A DNA stretch of 64,000 nt from the human T2T-CHM13v2.0 reference genome, Homo sapiens, in assembly GCF_009914755.1 (NCBI RefSeq), contig NC_060933.1. One strand, given 5' to 3'. Both the position numbers and the translations under genes were made by a program. Of this stretch, positions 1-64,000 are shown piece by piece (positions within the stretch are counted from its first letter, which is position 1; each line of letters begins with the position of its first letter). The notes beneath the pieces are model-generated. The model did no database searches, was not told the origin of the DNA, and worked only from the letters and a program-made list of their open reading frames with translations.

Positions 1-913
1 ATGGAAGCTGCTCTCAAAGTGAAGAATCCCTCAGGTGCCATGAACAATGGAAAGAAGGGACCCTCTCACCTTCTTTGCATGGCTTCCTAGACTGCAGGAC
101 TAAGCCTGCAGGAGCAAGAGGATGACTGGACTGGTCCTCACAGAACCATCATGCCCCAGGGATGAGCTAGGACTACAGTGGTGACTTTCTTTGAAAGCCT
201 AAAAGTTCCAGGGTTAGGTATCAAAGGGAGTAAATATGCCACAACGTTTTGTGCACATTAACTGACCCAGATCTGTAAGACTCCTACCCTTAGATTCCCA
301 AAAGAGCACAGACAGCCCTTGGAACCAAACTCAATTTTTCTCCAAGGGCTTGGGTCAAGTTTCATTATAGACATTTATTTTAGTTTTATTTTCAAAGTCA
401 TTGACCTCTTGTATCAGATTTAAGGCAAAGAAGAAGATACATGTCCCAGGACTATAGGCCAGGCTGTTGACTGCACTGGGATTTAGATGGTGTAATCTCC
501 CTTAGTTCTACCAGGGAGACCTCAGCCCAGGTCTTGTTGCCGGGGCACAGTTGAGCACTGGATTCAGGTAGAGGAGGGCTCCCAGGTCAGTCTGAGAGTT
601 AATGAAGAGATTAAAAAGTCTGGCAGAGGACAGGACTCTTACAGGTGACTGGCTTGGAGGGGAACCTACCAGTCCTTCTTCCAACTTGCTGCTGAAATCC
701 CAGTGTTCTTGAAGACAGGGTTATGATCCTCTTCACCAGGTCTGGCGGGGGTGGGGCTCAGAAGGTGGCCAACCCACCCTCTGAGCCCAAATATTGTTCC
801 CAGAATGCTCACCTTGACCTCACCCTGTGGTTCGCCTAGACCCAGGGTTGGCTGTGCAAAATCATGCTTAGGGAAGGGTTGCAGAGAAACCTTTGCACCA
901 GTTTCCTGGGTCT
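1..913 (-). other. FKBP15: FKBP15 3' UTR / downstream sequence
   Basis: Follows the stop codon; extent uncertain. Confidence 0.7.
374..390 (-). terminator. Tandem AATAAA polyadenylation signals for FKBP15
   Basis: tttatt at 374-379 and 385-390 on + strand, ~530 nt past the stop. Confidence 0.6.
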
Positions 914-56069
<55,156 letters not shown>

Positions 56070-56379
56070 TGCGTTGGCTTTCACCAGGTTGCGGGGAGGA
56101 AGCTGGGTATTCCCAGAGTCCCAGGGCCTGTCACCGCCGACGTCGTAAAATGCCGCGGCGGCGTGCTGCTTTCCGGCAGGGCGAACTCCAGCACGGTCTC
56201 TGGACCGAAAGTAGACTGGGCTCTGGAGAAGGTGGGGCAAAGGCAAATGAGAGGCTCGCGCGGGCACGAGCGCCGAGTGACGTCAGGCCTCTCCAGCCCG
56301 CAGCGGGGCGGAGCTTCACAGCCCCTTGCAGGGATTGGTCGGTAATGCTAGGGGGCGGGAGGGGGCGGGAAATCCTCGG

Positions 56380-56504
56380 CCTCGGTGGCGGTGGTGGACA
56401 CGTCGAGCCGGGTAGAAGTGGAGGGGCCGTTCGAAGAGTCGTGAGGGGGTGACGGGTTAAGATTCGGAGAGAGAGGTGCTAGTGGCTGGACTTGACCTGG
56501 AAAG
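56380..56504 (+). other. SLC31A1: SLC31A1 (CTR1) non-coding exon 1; intron 1 runs past the window end
   Basis: ...GGCTGGACTTGACCTGGAAAG|gtaagg matches my recollection of the hCTR1 5' UTR; strong donor at 56505; known head-to-head neighbour of FKBP15; TSS approximate. Confidence 0.85.
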
Positions 56505-58904
56505 GTAAGGCTTCTCTCGGCCCCTCTTTCGCACCCCTGTGCATGGGTACCGTCCTTTTCCCAGCGGGACAAGGACCTTCCTCGCCGCTTTCCTCAGCTC
56601 CGCGGAAGGAGAAAGAGCTCGGGACTGGAGGGTTAAAGACTGGGGCTTCGGCCCGGCCCCTGCAGTGGCATAGCCAGAGTGACCTTGGGCCGGGGTGCTC
56701 GGTGCCTCAGTTTCCCCGTGTATGCAACCGGCCATTTGTCCAGTTCTTCCATGTGCCTGCTGGTCCAGAAGATTTTAGAGCTCAGAGGCCATGGATTTCA
56801 ATCCCGGCCTCCTCGTAATCTCAGAATTTACAGATAGGGAGACGAAGGAACTAAGCACCCGGGTGACTAGTCCGAGGTCACAAAGAGTAAAGGGCAGACT
56901 GAGACTGGATTCCTCGTCCTTTGATTCAGGACATAGTGAGCTAGTGGGTGAACAAGAACCTTATCAGCCCTTACGCACTGTGTGCCCTTACAGAGTGACT
57001 ATTGAAAGACTGTAGCATACACCTCGAGGAAAGTCCCCTTTCTAGAGTCCACCTGTATTCTACGCGGATGAGGTGCAGAAGAGCTAAGATATTCTGGCGG
57101 TGGGTGATGGAAAGGAGGATACTTTGGAGGCAGACACATCCCCAGCCCAACTTTGGCGTGGGTTTCCCTGGGTCTTCCTGCGACAGCCCTAAATCAACAT
57201 CAATTGTGGCGGACTCCTCTGCCTCCAGTTTCCACCCTATCTGTATCTTACATAAGTATTTATTGGTTAACCTGGTATCATTCTCGAAACAATCCTGGGG
57301 TAGTCCTGGCTTAGACAAGGTGTGGCTAAGGAGATAGTGTCCCAGCGTAGCGTCCACAGACTCACTGGAGTTCTTGGGCTTCCCCTCACAGTCAGGTTGG
57401 TACTACAGGTGTCCCTTACGTGAATGTTTCAATCTGTCAGTATGAAATTGAAATGAAATGATTGGTAGCTCCCTCCCAGAGAACTTTGCACCTCCTGGCA
57501 AAGATGTTAAAGCAGCGAAGGCTCACAGTTGGAATGATGCAACTGGAATCTAAGCACTAGAACCGGAACTGGAACTAGAATCTAAGGACTAGCACTAGAA
57601 CTGTTGCAGTAGCTCTGTTTAGTGTGTGAACTTGGCTACCTCTTGGAGGTGTTGGGGGAGTAACTGGATTAAGTACCATGGCACTTTCTAATCCCTCTCC
57701 CCAACACCGGTCACTGTGATTGCAGCACTGAAACATCTAAATGTTTAACAGAAAGAGCTTGCTAGCCCCTGGCTTACATTATCTATGGTATTTTTAACAT
57801 GGAATGAATACTTAAAGTCACTTGCAAAGCAGTCTCACTGCAGAATCTTTCTAGGTGTTTATGACATGTCCTTCCAGCCTTTTCTTTAAAAAAAAAAAAA
57901 TGGCCAAGGGAATATTTGAACTCTTATCTTGTATTCTTGGGTGGAGCTGATTTTATCCTGGATGTTTAAGTAGCTTTTGTAGGTACTCAGGAATCCTAAA
58001 ATCAATAGCCTTTTTGGTGATTGGAACATCACGAACATGCATACCCAGATTATCACTGTAGAAACACAGCTGCTGATTCTCATTAGCAGTATGAGGAGGA
58101 GGAAGATGATGGTGAGTCTTGCCAGGCTTTGAACTGCAGGACTGGGTGCACCTAAAAAAAAAAAAAAGAAAGCCACTGTCTTCCTAAATTCGTGTATCTT
58201 CAGATTGGTAATACTGGACTAGGAATCAGGAAATCTGAATTCCTGTCCCAGCCCTTATAACTCACTCTGAGTTTGGGCCAGGCTCCCTAAGCACTGTAAA
58301 ATGAGTGGATTAGACCTGGACTTCTACTGAGTAACTGCTGGGGATACAAAGGTAAGTAAGGCACAACCTTGATCTCAAGTTTAAAGTAAGCATTTTTGTT
58401 TATTTGTTTTGCTTAAGTATACAACTTTTAGAATACTCATAAAATATATTGTCAACCCCCAGAAGATTGGCCAGGAAGCAGCAATTTTTTTTCTCCACCC
58501 TCCACTCCCCTTACTCCCTCAGGGAAGCAGCAATTTTAATAATTATTTTCAAATTATCAGCAATTTTGCAACAGAGATGACAGTCTTTATATACGAGTAT
58601 ACCCATACTAATCTGTAATGATGCATGCATTTTAAAATTAGTAGTTTAAAGTTATAACCAAGTTATATCAGGCATAATGATAGGAATATGAATTAAATGC
58701 AGGTTCTAGGGGATCTATAACATTCCGTTCACTCAGTCACTGAAAGCAGACTTAGGGCCATTAGTTGGTTAACTGAAGAAGTAAGTTAAAGCAGGGAATC
58801 ATACAGATAATAGTTATATGCATAACATTTTAACGAACACATAAACATTCTTTTGCCATTCTTTTAACATAAGGCCTCAGCCTTTTCTTGGAGTGTAGGA
58901 CCCT

Positions 58905-59092
58905 GTTGCCTGTTTTTATAAGTAAAGCTTTATTAGAACACAGCCTTTCTCATTTGTTTATGTATTGTCTATGACTCCTCTTACCCTCCAAGGCAGAATT
59001 GAATATTTGTGATTGCAACAGAAACCACATGGCCTGCAACATCTAAAATGTTTACTTTTGGCCCTTTATAGAAAGAGCTTGCTAGCCCCTGG
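58905..59092. mobile_element. MER58A-like hAT MITE fragment
   Basis: gtaaagctttattagaacacagcc...tggccctttatagaaagagcttgctagcccctgg. Confidence 0.7.
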
Positions 59093-59254
59093 CCTACGTT
59101 ATCTATGGTATTTTTAACATGGAATGAATACTTAAAGTCACTTGCAAAGCAGTCTCACTGCAGAATCTTTCTAGGTGTTTATGAAATGTCCTTCCAGACT
59201 TTTCTGTTGTCTCCCACACCTAACAGCAAGTTTATGTGTTATCTGTATGCTCAC

Positions 59255-59552
<298 letters not shown>

Positions 59553-60692
59553 TTGTGTGCTCACTTTTATCTGGTCTTTTGAAAGCATTCAGTGTGGTGT
59601 TTTAGAAATAACTACTAGAGAGTCTATGTAGTACAGTAGTTAAGTACTTGAGCTCTGGAGCCAAATTGCTTTGCCACTTATTAGTTGTATAGGCCATAGA
59701 CAAGTTACTCAGTTTTTGCCTTTGTAAAACAGGCATAATGGTAGTATCCATTTCTAGGTTTCTTGTGAATATTATAGGAGTTAATTCATGTAAAGCATTT
59801 AGAACAGTGCCTGGCAGGTAGTAAGTACTCAGTGTTAATTGCTGCTGTCATTTTTCTCTTCTCATTTATACTTCATTGCTTTACATAGTATTTACGTACT
59901 TTCAGTAATAAGCACAACTGGCATAAATAGGTTTGTGAATAAACACACTGTCACCATTGATAAGCACACTTCACAGAGGGGGAACCAGAAGTGTTGTTCC
60001 CATCACATTGGAGAATAGCCTAATGGTGTGATGTCAGTTAAATTGGATAAGAGAGTTCTGTGGGATAGTTTGCTAAGAGTATAAGGCAACAGTTCACAGA
60101 AGAAAGTAATGGATTAAAATTGAAAAGGAATCCAGGACCATATTTGTCAAATACCTTGAAGGTCAAGGTGACAAGTTTGTACTTAGATTGGTAGGAAGTG
60201 GAATTTTTTATTCTAAATGGCATGATTGATGTAAAAAAGTTCAAATGGCTTAGGAGTGTATGAAGTAAAAAGTTACATTTCCCTAGCTCCATTCCATGTC
60301 AGTAGCCACTTCATTTTCTAATGGCCCCTAGAACATGAGGTTGTTGTGAAGGCATGGTAAACACCACTTGGGGCACTGGTATTAATCTGTTAAAATTTTC
60401 AATTCAGCTTTCCTTTGGATTATAATCTCAATTTTGAATTGAGAAAAATAAAGTTTCCATACTAAATGTGAATAAAATGAAATGACTGTTTTGAAAGTAG
60501 ATACCATACTCATAAGAGTCTTTGATTCCTAAGTCTTTCTCTACCTCTTTTGTCCAACTTGGAAGTCTTGGTAGAGAAGGACTTAGGAATCAGAGACTCA
60601 TCTCTACTGTTAATTCCTTTTTGCACCTTTCCCACCAGAAGTGCTACAAGAGAGAAAGATGATATAATAATCACTAGAAAAGCAAAGTGTTC

Positions 60693-60982
60693 GGCCAGGT
60701 GTGGTGGCTCCCGCCTGTAATCCCAGCTCAGGCAGATCACCTGAGGTCAGGAGTTCGAGACCAGCCTGGCCAACATGGTGAAACCCCGTGTCTGCTGAAA
60801 ATACAAAAATTAGTCAGGCATGGTGGCGGGCACCTGTAGTCCCAGCTACTCAGGAGACGGAGGCACGAGAATTGCTTGAGCTCCGGAGAGGCGGAGGTTG
60901 CAGTGAGCTGAGGTCACGCCACTGTGCGCCAACCTGGGCGACAGAGTGAGACTCCATCTCAAAAAAAAAAAAAAAGAAATAA
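60693..60982 (+). mobile_element. Alu (AluS) with small deletion
   Basis: Dimer; TSD aaagcaaagtgtt. Confidence 0.9.
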
Positions 60983-62054
60983 AGAAAGCAAAGTGTTTAC
61001 AGTGACAAGTTGATTTCAACTAGCAGTTGTCAGATAAGTTAGTAACAGGGCATCACCCAAATAACTGCATTTTAAAGTGGACAGGGCAGGCCTGACTGGG
61101 GAAAAGGGAGGGAAGGGGTAGGGGGTTCCTGATGCCTGTACTCCCACATGCAGCTCTTAAATCCATTTTAAAAACTTAAAAGTTTTCTGTAGTTTTGTGA
61201 CTTAAGTATAACAAGTCATCAAAAGTCTGATACTTAATACATTACAATGAACAGTTTATGCCAAAAGAAATCTTATAGTAGGGCCTGGGAAGGAAATGCT
61301 TTTGAAGTTCCATTGCTTTGAGTAATATCATTTTATGATTTAGGTAACATCCCCAAGCAGAGGAGGGGCCCATCCTTAGGAATGCAAAGCCCTGCAGAGA
61401 AGGAAAGGGTTGAGAAGGGTCCACCCTACCTCTTTTCCTTTACACAATGGCCCTAGGCTTTTGTATACAACCTGCTTTTGTAGGCTTAGGACATTATGAA
61501 ATACAGCATGGTAAGATGGAAGCCTGAATCTCAAAAGTAAATATGAGAAATGATTTGGAGGGAACATATAAAGAGAGCAAAATTCTAGCAACAGGTGACA
61601 TATTTCCCTAGATAGAAGAGTTATTGTAGAACTATGATGAGTGTTTATATAATTTTGAAGCAGTTTACAGCATCTAGAATGTAGTCATTTAATTTATGAA
61701 ATGAAAGGGAAATGGTGTAACTCATACACCCGCATCCTCTCTCCTACCTTTTCTGATGGCTTTTTATGAGTTCTCACACAACCCCTATGCATAATCTATA
61801 CCTTAGTACATTTTACATTATTTTTAAATTATTTACATGTGTCCCTCTTTCACCAGAATGGGTTTCTTATGGTTAGAGTTTCATCATGGTACCTTCATTC
61901 GATAGGTATGCAATAAATAGTGAAAGAATAGTCTGAGTTCCTTGAAATTGCATAGCAAATGAGACCTAAGAGCCAGATCTAGAATGCAGATGTAGAACCT
62001 CTTTCAGTTCCTAGCCCAGTACTTTTACTGCCACACCATACAGCCTCTATCTGA

Positions 62055-62462
<408 letters not shown>

Positions 62463-63673
62463 TGAATAAAAAAAAGGGAACAGTTCAAATGTTTTCTAGT
62501 TTCTGTCTTATGCCATATTAATTTCCAATATTACTCATAGGCAAACCAACAACATTATTATCCAAACAGTTTAAATGCTATGTAATATAACTAAAGCAAA
62601 GTTTAGACAAGGAGGACCATTGTCTACATTTGATTATAACAATAAAGCAGTTAAAGCAATGCTTTGCCAATGTATATTTGTCTGACTAGCTAGTCTTGTT
62701 TAAATCAAACTGTGAAAGGCTGTATACTTCAAGAAACATGAAAGTGAGCCTTATGTGTGACTTAGCTCCTTTCAGAGATTAATTTTGTCATCTAATGAGC
62801 AAGCAAGCTATTATATTTCATATTTACTGTACCTTAAAATTGGAAAGTATTTAACATATTTTATTTGACCCTTACAATACTATGAGATTGGCAGCGTAGG
62901 TATTTTAATATCTGTTTTGCAAATTTTGCAAATTTTGGTGATTTGCCTAATGTCACATGGCTAGTATATGGCAAATGTGGGTCCAGAGCTCAGAGCCTTT
63001 GATGCCTCGTGCTGCATGCTTTCTCCACTCTAAGATACTATCTAGAAAACACTGAAATTGTCACATAAATCATACTAAAGCACAGTTAGCGGACTGGAAG
63101 TGCGTCAAGGCTACAAAAGGATCCTGTAAGAGGAGCATGAAAGGGTGCATCATGTGATTACATTATTCCAGGATGTGGCTTACCCAACAACAAAAGGTAT
63201 CACAGAAATGGAGTAAAGTAGCTGGGAGATCCACTCCCCATTGGACTTAGGCCCTGTTATCATTACATAACTAAAAGACCTTTTCAGTTTGTTTGTTTGA
63301 CATATCAAATTTGAGTTGTCCTATTAGAACCAGGCAAATAAAAGCTTTTGTAAAGGCCTTTGGAAGAATGTAGTTGTACACTTGATCTTCTTTGTACAGA
63401 AGGGTGGGAGTGGGCAAGAGAAATAGGAGCTTCTGTGTTATTTGCCACCAGAACAGGATATGTAAAGCTCAGAAACCCATCCTGCTTAGCTGCTTCCCAG
63501 CAAGCCATCCGGAGAAATGGGGCTGGAGAAAGCGGTTAGTCTAGTGTTATGGAGCCTTCTATCAGAAGCAGATGTTATGGATTCACCTAACTAAAGAATG
63601 TTAGTGTCATCATTTAATAACATAAGCCTCAGTTTCCACATCTGTAAAATAAAGGAGTTGGATTTGATGATAC

Positions 63674-63968
<295 letters not shown>

Positions 63969-64000
63969 CTGATAATTTAATTTTTTAAATAGGAAATATA

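Noticed and set aside
56971-57357. Overlapping 128-aa and 111-aa ORFs in SLC31A1 intron 1
   Set aside because: No recognisable homology or splice context; consistent with chance ORFs.
58144-58150. Single metal response element core (TGCACCC, minus strand) near the CTR1 gene
   Set aside because: An isolated 7-mer is expected by chance, and I saw no MRE cluster in the promoter.

Overview
Human-type (primate) genomic DNA. The minus strand carries the complete coding region of FKBP15 (WAFL/FKBP133). I traced 28 GT-AG coding exons from ATG 56069 to TGA 914. They sum to 3660 nt (1219 aa + stop) with consistent phases and encode a WH1/EVH1-like region, an FKBP-type domain, a long coiled coil and an acidic tail. 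A CpG-island promoter (~55800-56750) is shared head-to-head with non-coding exon 1 of SLC31A1 (CTR1 copper transporter), whose intron 1 fills the rest of the window. Introns are rich in Alu, L1, MIR/L2, LTR and DNA-transposon relics, which explain most short ORFs in the track. I found no new protein-coding system. The most notable observations are: a young L1 sitting 6 nt from the exon 10 splice acceptor; an L1 with a 3' transduction; an AluYa5; an intact MER85; an MLT2A LTR pointing toward SLC31A1; short local duplications near the promoter; and a candidate uORF-containing cryptic exon in SLC31A1 intron 1. Repeat subfamily calls come from remembered consensus features and need RepeatMasker confirmation.
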